Shown: piece by piece, positions 27,972 to 36,891 of the stretch | Layout of the letters: each line of letters starts with the position of its first letter | Numbering within the stretch: the stretch's first letter is position 1 | Assembly: GCA_039030515.1 (NCBI GenBank) | Contig: JBCCEA010000013.1 | Coordinates: forward strand, 1 to 64,000 | Length of the DNA stretch: 64,000 nt | Reading direction: 5' to 3' | Origin: Myxococcota bacterium | Lineage (GTDB): Bacteria > Myxococcota_A > Polyangia > Polyangiales > Houyiibacteriaceae | Translations under genes and position numbers: made by a program | The notes under the pieces: generated by a model | The model's database searches: none | The model's input: only the letters and a program-made list of their open reading frames with translations | What the model was told of the DNA's origin: nothing

Positions 27972-28341
27972 TCTTCTTTACCCAGCCATAAACGACTGTG
28001 AGCAGTCGCTCCGGCTCAAGCGGCTTTTCAAGATACTCGTCGGCCCCAAGAGAAATCGCCCGGTTACGGTCCTTTTCAGCCGCCTCTGTGCTGACGATCA
28101 CTACCGGGGTCTGCCGATGGACTTGGCTCTTTCGCATGAAGGAGATCAGCTCGAGACCGTTGATGTCGGGCATATTGATATCGAGCAGTACGGCGTCGAA
28201 GTGGTTCTGAGACAAAACGCGTAGGGCTTCGAAACCGTTGGAGGCCTCTTCGACGACGATATCGCCGTTGGACTCGAGGGTAGCCCTTGCAAAAGCTCTC
28301 ATTGACGAGCTGTCTTCGACGATCAGTACCTTGTAGGCCAC
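27964..28341 (-). CDS. cheY: Single-domain CheY-like response regulator (first gene of the operon)
   Basis: VLIVEDS..LDINMPDING..STE..LEKP; likely GTG start at 28341. Confidence 0.88.
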   Translation of the reverse strand: MAYKVLIVEDSSSMRAFARATLESNGDIVVEEASNGFEALRVLSQNHFDAVLLDINMPDINGLELISFMRKSQVHRQTPVVIVSTEAAEKDRNRAISLGADEYLEKPLEPERLLTVVYGWVKKNE

Positions 28342-28468
28342 TCGACGATGGTACACACGCCCAGCAATTTCGGAAACCACAGAAGCGTTTGGGATTCCGG
28401 ATGCTTCGGTGCGGCGGCGGCGAGAAGTTGACCTGAGACCCAAACCATGGTCGATCAGTGCATCTAAA

Positions 28469-29371
28469 ATGAACTTCGAAACTCAGCTAATTCGATTTTT
28501 CGCCTTCTTTTTTTGCTTGTGTTCGGGCATTCAGGCCCTGGCTCAAGAAGGATACGTCGCGGTGGCCCCCGCTGCGGAGCCCCAGCCTGAGCCTGATGTG
28601 AAGCTCGCCATTTCTGTCGGAAGTCGAGAGCAACCGGTTCGCTACGCCGAACGACACCTCACGCTGCCTCAGCGGACCCTTCGCATCGACTACGCACCCA
28701 TAGATTTTGCCCAGGCGGATGTGGGTTACCTTAATCATACCAGGGGTCTACGTATCCAGCGTTTTGAAGATCGCTCCGGCCCGCCTGGCGCTCGTACAGA
28801 CGATACCGCTGCGTGGACGTCTCTCGGAGTGTCGTACGGGGTCTTCGACGAGTTTGAAGCAGGGGCGTTGTTGCTTCCGGTGCTCCTGGCGCCCGATACG
28901 GACTTTGGCGATATGCAGTTGTATGGTCGCTACAGAGTTCTGGAGGAGGGGGATACGGAGCTGGCGATTCATTTTGCCATGCAGCTGCCGACCCAAACCG
29001 ACTTCGGATTTGAGGTTGGAGCGCCGCTACAGGTTCGTATTTCTCCAATGCTCCGAGTGGATGCGGGAGCAGAGCTGGAGTTCGTGTTTTTCGACGATAC
29101 CTTGGTCAATCTAAATCTACCTATCGCGATGCCGATAAGTCTGTCGGAACACGGGTTTATCGGACCGCGGTCCGCTCTTTTGTTCGTTGATTTCGATGAT
29201 GCTGTACTCGCGCTCGGAGGCTTTGGTGGCTACACGATCGCAGATGGAGACAAGACCATCGGGGATGTGATGACCCATTTTTACGTCAATATCGGAGGAG
29301 ATGACGTCGGGTTGCCCGATTGGGAGTTGATGTTCGCGGCCACCTTTTTTCTGGATTTCCCCGAATCCTGA
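28469..29371 (+). CDS. Secreted, probable outer-membrane beta-barrel protein of unknown function
   Basis: Signal peptide ending QALA|Q; alternating hydrophobic beta-strands; aromatic C-terminal strand (ATFFLDF). Confidence 0.65.
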   Translation: MNFETQLIRFFAFFFCLCSGIQALAQEGYVAVAPAAEPQPEPDVKLAISVGSREQPVRYAERHLTLPQRTLRIDYAPIDFAQADVGYLNHTRGLRIQRFEDRSGPPGARTDDTAAWTSLGVSYGVFDEFEAGALLLPVLLAPDTDFGDMQLYGRYRVLEEGDTELAIHFAMQLPTQTDFGFEVGAPLQVRISPMLRVDAGAELEFVFFDDTLVNLNLPIAMPISLSEHGFIGPRSALLFVDFDDAVLALGGFGGYTIADGDKTIGDVMTHFYVNIGGDDVGLPDWELMFAATFFLDFPES

Positions 29372-29493
29372 CTCCGTACTTAACGGCGCTTGAGCACCTG
29401 GAGCCCTCGTGATCACCGAGCTTTTGGGGAATGTAAATGGGCTGAAAGCTGTCGCGGCTCGCCTTCGGGACCAGAGGCATTAGACTGTGTCTT

Positions 29494-30036
29494 ATGGCAA
29501 AGAGTTCAGACGACCAGGGCTCGTCCATCGCGAAGGAATACGCGGATCAAGACGGCTCCGGATCTCAAGCTCCCGGTGATTCCGATTCTTCGGCTTCCAA
29601 TGATGTGGTCCTCATACACGGGCAAACCGACGATGGAGCGCTCAAGATACTGAGACAAAAAGATACCGAGCTCTCCTTGGGTACGATGCGTCCTTTAGAG
29701 CACGGAGTTCCTGTACTCGGTGGTGAACTACTCCGGTTGAAGCCACGTGAATCCAATCCTCTCGTTTGCGATGTGATCGAAGAAACAGCGCTTCCCTCTT
29801 CGAGCTCGGCATCCAGCGGAGCCTCGGATCAATCGACCATGCTGCCCCCGAGAACGAAGGGGCCTTCAAGGGTTTCATCCCCCCGCTATCGTGCGGGTTG
29901 GGAGGACATTTGGGGGGCAGGAAACAAGACTCCCGATGTCATAGGAACCAGCGACGAGGATTCCAGTACGGACTTAGATTCCAGCGAAACGGGTTTCAGC
30001 AAAAAGATTAGGCGGACTTCGAAGCTGCTTAATTAA
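29494..30036 (+). CDS. Hypothetical protein with acidic/Ser-rich disordered termini and a small core
   Basis: 180-aa ORF filling the gap; compact core DVVLIHG..GTMRPLEHG..CDVIEE and motif GPSRVSSPRYRAGWEDIW. Confidence 0.7.
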   Translation: MAKSSDDQGSSIAKEYADQDGSGSQAPGDSDSSASNDVVLIHGQTDDGALKILRQKDTELSLGTMRPLEHGVPVLGGELLRLKPRESNPLVCDVIEETALPSSSSASSGASDQSTMLPPRTKGPSRVSSPRYRAGWEDIWGAGNKTPDVIGTSDEDSSTDLDSSETGFSKKIRRTSKLLN

Positions 30037-30086
30037 CGCTCAACACGTCTTCTCGATCCAGTACGTCTTTGCGGTCCAGCGCGCGT

Positions 30087-33000
30087 TCAGTTGTAGTTGA
30101 TCACCCTCACCCCGCTGCTCTCCAGGTTCGGGGTGAGACCTCGCCAGAAATAGCTGATCACCGAGGTGTTGCGCCAAACGATCTGAGAAGTCCAGTAGCC
30201 TGTATGACCGGCACCATCGAGGATCTCGATCAGCCAGTTCTGTCCGTTCGGCGGCAAGCGCGCCAACATAGTGCGGCCCGCGGTTGCATCTTGATAGGTG
30301 ATCCGCACCTCACCTGAGAGGGTCACCGCGATCGAGCTGCTGTCACCTACGATGTGCCGGCCATCGAAGTGTCGAACGCCCTCGGGGGTCGTGGATCCCT
30401 CATCGACCGTCTGCGGCGGATCAACCACTCCGTTTCTCACGGTAGTGTAGCGAAGAGATTCTTCGCCTCCATCTACCCAGCTTACGTGCCAGGTACCGGA
30501 TGGATCGACTGTCAAGGACGCAGAGAGGCCTGAGTCCCCCACAAAGGGATCGTTTCGTTCAATCCCGTCGATAAGAAAAGGCGCACTCCAACCAGCGCTG
30601 TTTCTCGAAGCGCCCCGCAAATCACCGGTGCTGCGATCGTAAAACACGAGTGCCACGGTGCCGACGTTTACCGGCGCCATCGCGTTGTAGAGGCCCGTAG
30701 CTTGGGGGAGGTCTTCGATATAGGGATCAGGCAGGGCAACCTCACACGTGCCTGCGACGCAGAGACTGCCCTCTTCGCATGGTTCTGAGCAATCGGTCGT
30801 TTCGTTGGCGCACACTCCAGAGGCGACGCAAGTTCCCGACTCGCAGTACCGAGGACGGCAGTCGAAGGCAGCCGAGTGTACGTCCTCGAAGCTCCATTCC
30901 GTGCTGGAGAGACCAGAGCTGCCCGTCGCAACTCTAGTGTAGGAAACAGGCCTTCCGGGTAGTTGAGAAGGTGGCTCCACCACGTGAAACGCAATGATCG
31001 CTTCGCCAGTCGCGGTGAGAAGCAATTCTGCGTACGCTCCGCTGTCTCCGGTGTCGGTAACCGTCTGGATGTTCCAGTTGTCGCCTATGCGGGCAGCAAA
31101 CTTGAGCGCGGTGTGGGTGCGATCGTAGTAGGCCACGCCCAGGTTTGATTCGGCAGCAACGATGGATGAGAACCGTCCCACATCGTTACCTTCGGCCCTA
31201 ACTCCTCCGCGCCAACCAGAAGGGTCTGCCTCGATGGGTTCGCCAGGTGCACCGTCAATGATCTGCCAGTCCGCTCGATAGTTGGATGCGTTCCAAACGC
31301 CCACCACAAGATCTCCGTAACGTCCTCCGCCAGGTGCGCCCGGACTGTATCCGCTCAGCACTAAGTTGCCGTCATCCAGCAAGACGGAGTCGAGATAGGT
31401 GGCGAGCTGTCCTTCCTGCAGAGCAGGTGATGGAATACAGCTCGTGCAGAGAACCTGACAATCATCGTTGGCTACAAGATAGTTGACATTCGCGCACTGG
31501 AAGCCGGCCTCGCAGAAATCGTTGACGTTGTATTCCACGCACATTTCCATCGACTGGCAGCACACTTCTCCGCGTGGTGACGAAAGAATGCATTCGCGAT
31601 TGCCACAAAGCTGAACCGGAGCCGGGGCTTGTTCTGCATCGGTTCCTGCATCGGAGGCGCCACCGCTCAACCCCTCCCCGCATCCGGCTAGGCCTAGGCC
31701 GCCCAGCCCGACTCCGAAGATGAGCCCCACTCCGACAATGAGCCCCGCTGTCGATATCGACTTGGTAGCTGAGCCGTCTTGCCGACCGGGTTTTGCGGCT
31801 TTGATGGTTTTGCGACGTGGTACCGCAAGGTGATGGACCTCGGTTGGTGTCGCCCGGGTTGGTATCGCACCTCGGATACTCCGGCGAGTGCGATGGAGCC
31901 AAAAGCCCAAAAGTGAAAAGAGCAGGGTGGAAAACCAAGAGCGAACTCCGACCAGACCTCCACCGGGTCCCGCATCCATACCGGGGTTTGTTGCGATCGA
32001 GCATTCGCACCCGGCAGTGCTGAGGTTGGCACCGCGAATCAAGCTCGACCGAGCTACGCCAACGTTTCCAGATTCGTCTCGAACCTGCACTTCAACGGTT
32101 GAACCCAGGCTCAACGGAGGCTCGTTGGCCTCAGCGAGCGGACGCCACGGCGTCCAGTGCTCCTCGTCTCCTGCTGACTTGAGATTGGGTCGCCAGCGTA
32201 CTGAGAGCTCCTGACTGTTAGAGACGATATCGTTTGCCTCGACGTGGATTCCCTCGGAGTTTTCGACCAATCGGACCTCTGGCGGCAAAATATCTATGAT
32301 GAGCTCTGCTTGAGCAGGGGTCTGATCTGCGGTGCTGGGCTCTCCTGCGATGCGTGCTTGCGCTTCTACCAGGTGTTTGGCCTGCAAGAGGAGTGCGGGG
32401 TCTCGTAGGACCACTTCGTTTGATGGACTCCAGTCCGACCAGGGGAGCCCGTCGATGCGCACTCGATACTCCACTGGAAGCGATGCGTTTGGCTCACTCG
32501 TGTTTGGCAGCTTTGCGGAGAGCCGCACTTTTGCCTCGGGAGGTCCTCCCTGACCCCACGTGTCCATTCGAAGCGCCATCGGGTCGATCGAAAGTTCTTG
32601 CAGCTCGATCTCGGTCTCGAGAGGACTCCGCAGCGCCTGGGTCTCGGCCAAAGCCACATCGAGATAGATCGCTAAAAACTCATCGCCACCATCAGAGACT
32701 CCGGCAAATCCGCCACTCATCGGGATTTCCAGATCAAAGCCAAGGACGGAGGGCACCGCGATCGGTGCGAGTTCGCCAACGATTTCGGTGTAAAAAGAGA
32801 GCAATACAGTATCGACCAGGCCCGCTATCGAGTCGGGGGATTCATCGATTAGCGTCGTGTTTGAGACTACGGAGTTCCCAACTCTCAGCTCGAGGATCGC
32901 AAGCTCGATCCCGCCTGGCCCAGAAACCAGATCTAGGGGCACTTCGATATCGGTTTTGTAGGTCATGAAACGCACGTAGCGCTCCTTACTCCACACGTAG

Positions 33001-34469
33001 AAATCGAGAATGAGGTCGTTGAGGATGACGTTGAGCAGTGGGTCCGTCTCGTCTCCTCGACCCACTTCGAACACCAGCGGCTCTTGAGGGCGAACGGCTA
33101 CGGAAAGCGGGTTGTTGCTTTCAGGAAAGGTTACCTTGCTGAGAGACGGGGTGAGGGCTGAAACCAGTCCAGTCGTCAGCAGCTGGCTGAGAGGGGTGCC
33201 TGCTGCGAGGCATAGGAATCCAGAATCAAAAAGGCTCCATCCGATGTAATTGAGGAACTGCTCCGAGAGTCCCAGGCCAATATGATGGGTCACTCCGGTG
33301 TAGGGGTGAAAATTGCGACTGAGAAACTGGGCTGAAGGCACCCAAGGTAGATAGGGTGGGGGTTTTGCCGGGACGCACGTACTTCGTCCCGGGTGCGACG
33401 TATAGGTCCTATCCGTGCTGAGGAATCCACTGTCCAGCTCAAGAGTAATGCCGTCGTTGAGTGTCATCGCGTCACCCCCGACCGCGACGATAAACTTCAG
33501 CGGTGCATGCACTCCTGAGGCGAAGCCACCGAGTAAAAGACTGCCAAAGTCACCCTGGCCCTCCACTCCGAGCAGAGGAGGGACACAATCAGAAGCGGGA
33601 GAGTTGAGATACCGACAGGTTGATTCGGGACTCTCGTCCGGTATGGCGTGGGTTCCTGGTGGGCATCCTGTTTCTCCTCGCAGCGTGCAAAAGAGTTCTT
33701 CAAGCGCTGACGGTAGGATTTCTTCGACTTGCGTTGTAAATACATTGTATATCGCGCTTTCGATCGTGTCGCGGAGGGAGTTGAGTATGCTAGAACAACT
33801 GCCGCTGCAGCTATTGAACGAAATATCGGCGGTTTCGAAACCTCCAGCCGCGTTGATTTGAATTGAATCTCCCTCGATAACGACTTGAGTAAATCCTCGC
33901 CTAGGGCTCCGGTTGATCTCTTCAAGGGTAACGATGGCGTCGATTCGGATGTAGTCCCGATCGTTACGGGTGGTGTCGATCTCGACTGCGCAGTCGGCGT
34001 TGCAAGAAAAGCCCTGGAGATTGATCGGTAGCTCCGTAGTGAGTTCAACGAAGAGTCCAAGCTCGATTTGATTCGACTGGAGTGGACGACCCCCATCGAT
34101 AGAAGATGGGGTGCGGATGTCGAATCCGCTCACAGAGACGGTCGCGGTGCAATCGTTGTCTGGGCAAGCTTCAGCTCTCGTGGAGGATACGAATGCCACG
34201 ACGTTCGGGATGTCGAACTCGAGCCCGTCCGGGAAGAGCAGCGGTACCAAGGCGTCTATTTGATCGGCGAGGTAGTCCAGTCCTTGACCGCTGATGCGCA
34301 CCTGAGCTGCCCGGGGAATGCGGTAGTTCTCGGGGAAGCCCTCGGCGATAGGCTCGATCGTGCATCCTTCGCAGTCGGCAAAGAAATCTCCGCCACATGC
34401 CAGAACCAGAAATGAAATTATTAAATAGCGGCAGTCTCTGCGTAAGCCGAGTTGCGAGCGCATTAACAT
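30087..34469 (-). CDS. Large envelope protein: BPI/LBP-like lipid-binding region, Ig-like segment, internal MYXO-CTERM-like tag, second lipoprotein signal, Cys-rich and beta-propeller-like region
   Basis: AGGAGG SD; 1460-aa uninterrupted ORF; motifs detailed in findings. The CDS is secure; the domain calls are inferences. Confidence 0.8.
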   Translation of the reverse strand: MLMRSQLGLRRDCRYLIISFLVLACGGDFFADCEGCTIEPIAEGFPENYRIPRAAQVRISGQGLDYLADQIDALVPLLFPDGLEFDIPNVVAFVSSTRAEACPDNDCTATVSVSGFDIRTPSSIDGGRPLQSNQIELGLFVELTTELPINLQGFSCNADCAVEIDTTRNDRDYIRIDAIVTLEEINRSPRRGFTQVVIEGDSIQINAAGGFETADISFNSCSGSCSSILNSLRDTIESAIYNVFTTQVEEILPSALEELFCTLRGETGCPPGTHAIPDESPESTCRYLNSPASDCVPPLLGVEGQGDFGSLLLGGFASGVHAPLKFIVAVGGDAMTLNDGITLELDSGFLSTDRTYTSHPGRSTCVPAKPPPYLPWVPSAQFLSRNFHPYTGVTHHIGLGLSEQFLNYIGWSLFDSGFLCLAAGTPLSQLLTTGLVSALTPSLSKVTFPESNNPLSVAVRPQEPLVFEVGRGDETDPLLNVILNDLILDFYVWSKERYVRFMTYKTDIEVPLDLVSGPGGIELAILELRVGNSVVSNTTLIDESPDSIAGLVDTVLLSFYTEIVGELAPIAVPSVLGFDLEIPMSGGFAGVSDGGDEFLAIYLDVALAETQALRSPLETEIELQELSIDPMALRMDTWGQGGPPEAKVRLSAKLPNTSEPNASLPVEYRVRIDGLPWSDWSPSNEVVLRDPALLLQAKHLVEAQARIAGEPSTADQTPAQAELIIDILPPEVRLVENSEGIHVEANDIVSNSQELSVRWRPNLKSAGDEEHWTPWRPLAEANEPPLSLGSTVEVQVRDESGNVGVARSSLIRGANLSTAGCECSIATNPGMDAGPGGGLVGVRSWFSTLLFSLLGFWLHRTRRSIRGAIPTRATPTEVHHLAVPRRKTIKAAKPGRQDGSATKSISTAGLIVGVGLIFGVGLGGLGLAGCGEGLSGGASDAGTDAEQAPAPVQLCGNRECILSSPRGEVCCQSMEMCVEYNVNDFCEAGFQCANVNYLVANDDCQVLCTSCIPSPALQEGQLATYLDSVLLDDGNLVLSGYSPGAPGGGRYGDLVVGVWNASNYRADWQIIDGAPGEPIEADPSGWRGGVRAEGNDVGRFSSIVAAESNLGVAYYDRTHTALKFAARIGDNWNIQTVTDTGDSGAYAELLLTATGEAIIAFHVVEPPSQLPGRPVSYTRVATGSSGLSSTEWSFEDVHSAAFDCRPRYCESGTCVASGVCANETTDCSEPCEEGSLCVAGTCEVALPDPYIEDLPQATGLYNAMAPVNVGTVALVFYDRSTGDLRGASRNSAGWSAPFLIDGIERNDPFVGDSGLSASLTVDPSGTWHVSWVDGGEESLRYTTVRNGVVDPPQTVDEGSTTPEGVRHFDGRHIVGDSSSIAVTLSGEVRITYQDATAGRTMLARLPPNGQNWLIEILDGAGHTGYWTSQIVWRNTSVISYFWRGLTPNLESSGVRVINYN

Positions 34470-34633
34470 CCTCCTGAAGCACGATCGTCTAAGGCGAAAG
34501 GGGCCTCAGCGCGACGGGACCAGGCAACCTACGCTGCGCCAGAGCTGTGGACAAGGCGAAAGAAATGACGCGTTGCATCGCTCTATCAAGATTGCAAGTG
34601 TTTTTTCGGAGTAAGACCCTTTTCTTATCGGCT

Positions 34634-34671
34634 TTGTATCTTCAGAGCCCGCTTGTATCTTCAGAGCCCGC
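34634..34671. repeat. 19-bp direct duplication TTGTATCTTCAGAGCCCGC x2
   Basis: Units at 34634..34652 and 34653..34671. Confidence 0.92.
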
Positions 34672-34763
34672 TATGACCTGCAGCAACCAAAGGCCGCTGC
34701 TGGGAAGTCGAGCGGCTTCGTTCCCTGGACTTGCGCTTTCTCGGTGTGGTTCGCTTAAGCGGC

Positions 34764-34790
34764 AGAGCCCACCGGTGGGGTGGGCTCTTT
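34764..34790. terminator. GC-rich 10-bp stem-loop, probable terminator
   Basis: AGAGCCCACC (34764..34773), 5-nt loop, GGTGGGCTCT (34779..34788); a short T run follows on the + strand only. Confidence 0.55.
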
Positions 34791-34865
34791 CATCGATCGC
34801 ATGGCTTCATTGACCGCACGGCGTAACGCCATCCAAACGAAGCGCCGTGAATCAAAGCGCCGTGA

Positions 34866-35861
34866 CTACTGGTCGCCGGTCGCCTCGTTGCCGGTCACCT
34901 CTACGCCTTGAGCGGCAAACTCGCCGGTGAGAAGCCAGGCGTTGCAGTCTGCAGGGGTGCAGTCTCCAAAATTACACCCGGTCCCAGTGCAGCTGGAGTC
35001 TGGTGGGACGGACCACTTTGTTTGATCGCGGGTGTTGCAGTCTTCATCGCTCGAAACCGCGATTCCCGCCAAGATTTTGCACACCGAAGATTGAACGGTT
35101 CCCAGGTCGATGTTTGCGTTTTTGGTGTCCTCCACGGGTAGATAACCCACCAGCGAAGCCACCGGAGTGTAGGTCGGATCGGTTCGCTCGCCGACGCAGC
35201 TTCGGTTTTCGGTGAGCGCCATGTTTGTGAGCTCCAAAGACGCAAGCGGGAGTTCGAGAGAAACCTCGTCGCTGTCGATCTCCACGATCGGAAGGGTGAT
35301 CGTATCGACCACCGGCCCCAAGGCCAGGTTGGACTCGTCGCCGTCGACAACCGTGAGCGTTCCCGTGGTGGACAGTGGATTCCACCGGTTCGGGTCGCCA
35401 TCTGCTGCCGGTGCGTCGCCGTCTACGAAGGCAAAGGAAACATCTGCTCCAGAGCCGCTCCGCCTCCCGAAGCCGGTGGTCACCGCCACCTCGCCGCCCT
35501 CGCCGGTGATGCCGCTGATACGGACGAGCCAGTTGAAGCGCTCCTCATCGAATGCTGCACTCAAGAGAGCCTCGACAAGGGTGTTGTTCGCCAAGGTGGT
35601 GGGCGCGGTGGGTCGAAGAAACGCGAGTCGCAGCTCTGCTTCGCTGGGATCGTCGGCATTGGATTTGCGGTAGCAGCAGGGCTCGGACATGAAATCTCTG
35701 TCCGGAGCGTCTGCGGGACAAGCTCTTAGCTCGTCGCTTGAGGCTCCCGCATCCGGATTCTCGATCGAAGAATCCGCTGCGCTGCTCGAATCATCGCCAC
35801 ATGCACTGAGTATCGTGATGCTCGTCATGCATGCGACCCAGAGATACTGCCTCGTGTTCAT
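34866..35861 (-). CDS. Cys-rich acidic lipoprotein of unknown function
   Basis: Lipobox ILSA|C, DAG linker, multiple Cys. Confidence 0.85.
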   Translation of the reverse strand: MNTRQYLWVACMTSITILSACGDDSSSAADSSIENPDAGASSDELRACPADAPDRDFMSEPCCYRKSNADDPSEAELRLAFLRPTAPTTLANNTLVEALLSAAFDEERFNWLVRISGITGEGGEVAVTTGFGRRSGSGADVSFAFVDGDAPAADGDPNRWNPLSTTGTLTVVDGDESNLALGPVVDTITLPIVEIDSDEVSLELPLASLELTNMALTENRSCVGERTDPTYTPVASLVGYLPVEDTKNANIDLGTVQSSVCKILAGIAVSSDEDCNTRDQTKWSVPPDSSCTGTGCNFGDCTPADCNAWLLTGEFAAQGVEVTGNEATGDQ

Positions 35862-35887
35862 TGAATACCCGTCTTTCTTAAAGTGCT

Positions 35888-35955
35888 CAGTCGCATAGCT
35901 GCGCAGTCATACAACTACGCAGTCGCATAGCTGCGCAGTCATACAACTACGCAGT
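35888..35955. repeat. 32-bp tandem duplication CAGTCGCATAGCTGCGCAGTCATACAACTACG x2, built from two related 16-mers
   Basis: Units at 35888..35919 and 35920..35951, plus CAGT. Confidence 0.93.
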
Positions 35956-35973
35956 GCGTCAATCACTGCCCCA

Positions 35974-36891
35974 TCAGTGGACAGGATTCGTCGGTATATG
36001 AATGAGACGTCGAAAGAGATCCACTCTCGTCTCGATGTCTTGTTTCTTTATGTCGACAAGACCGGAAACACTCATTCCTTCGACGCAATACGAAGCCACC
36101 GCGGAACCATGCACCACCGCCTGACGTAGCGTCTCTTCATCGGTCGCGTCCCTGCTCGCCACAAAGCCTAGAAAAGCACCGGCAAAGGTATCGCCTGCCC
36201 CCGTGGGATCCTGCACCTCGCGCAGAGGCAGTGCCGGGGCATGAAACAACTCGCTCGCCCGGAACAAGAGCGCACCGTATTCGCCGCGCTTGATGATCAC
36301 GGTAGAAGGACCGGCGGCGCGCAGCTTTTCTGCCGCCTTGACGATGTTGTATAGGCCTGAAAGCTGTCGGGCTTCGTCCTCATTGATCACCAAAACATCG
36401 ATTCGTTTCAGCATCTCCGCGAGTTCGTTGGGCGTCCCTTCGATCCAGAAATTCATCGTGTCGGCGATGACGAGCTTGGGAGAGTCGAGTTGGTCTAGCA
36501 CCTGCATTTGCAGGGTCGGGTGAATGTTGCCGAGCAGTACGTAGGGAACACTCCGAGCTTCTTTTGGGACCTTGGGTTCAAAGTCGGCAAAGACGTTTAG
36601 CTCGGTTGAAATGGAGACTCGAGAGGTCAGATCGTCGGTATAGCGACCCTCCCAGTGAAACGTCTTCCCGTCGGCAACCTCCAGTCCATCGAGGCCAATG
36701 CGTTTGCGCCGCATCAATTCGATAGCGTCTTCTGGAAAATCCCTGCCAACGACCCCCACAAGCTGCGTAGGCGCATAGGGCGCAGCCGCCAAGGAGGCAT
36801 AGGTTGCAGACCCACCGAGTACTTTCGGATGGGTTCCAAGGTGGTTGTGAATGGTGTCGAACGCGACGGATCCGACGACTAAGATGCTCAT
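35974..36891 (-). CDS. PfkB/ribokinase family sugar or nucleoside kinase
   Basis: VVGSVAFD, LGGSATY, INEDEA, IKRGEYGA, DPTGAGDTFAG. Confidence 0.95.
   Translation of the reverse strand: MSILVVGSVAFDTIHNHLGTHPKVLGGSATYASLAAAPYAPTQLVGVVGRDFPEDAIELMRRKRIGLDGLEVADGKTFHWEGRYTDDLTSRVSISTELNVFADFEPKVPKEARSVPYVLLGNIHPTLQMQVLDQLDSPKLVIADTMNFWIEGTPNELAEMLKRIDVLVINEDEARQLSGLYNIVKAAEKLRAAGPSTVIIKRGEYGALLFRASELFHAPALPLREVQDPTGAGDTFAGAFLGFVASRDATDEETLRQAVVHGSAVASYCVEGMSVSGLVDIKKQDIETRVDLFRRLIHIPTNPVH

Noticed and set aside
34546..34554. DnaA-box-like TTGTCCACA on the minus strand as an origin signal
   Set aside because: A single copy, with no box cluster, unwinding element or dnaA context.
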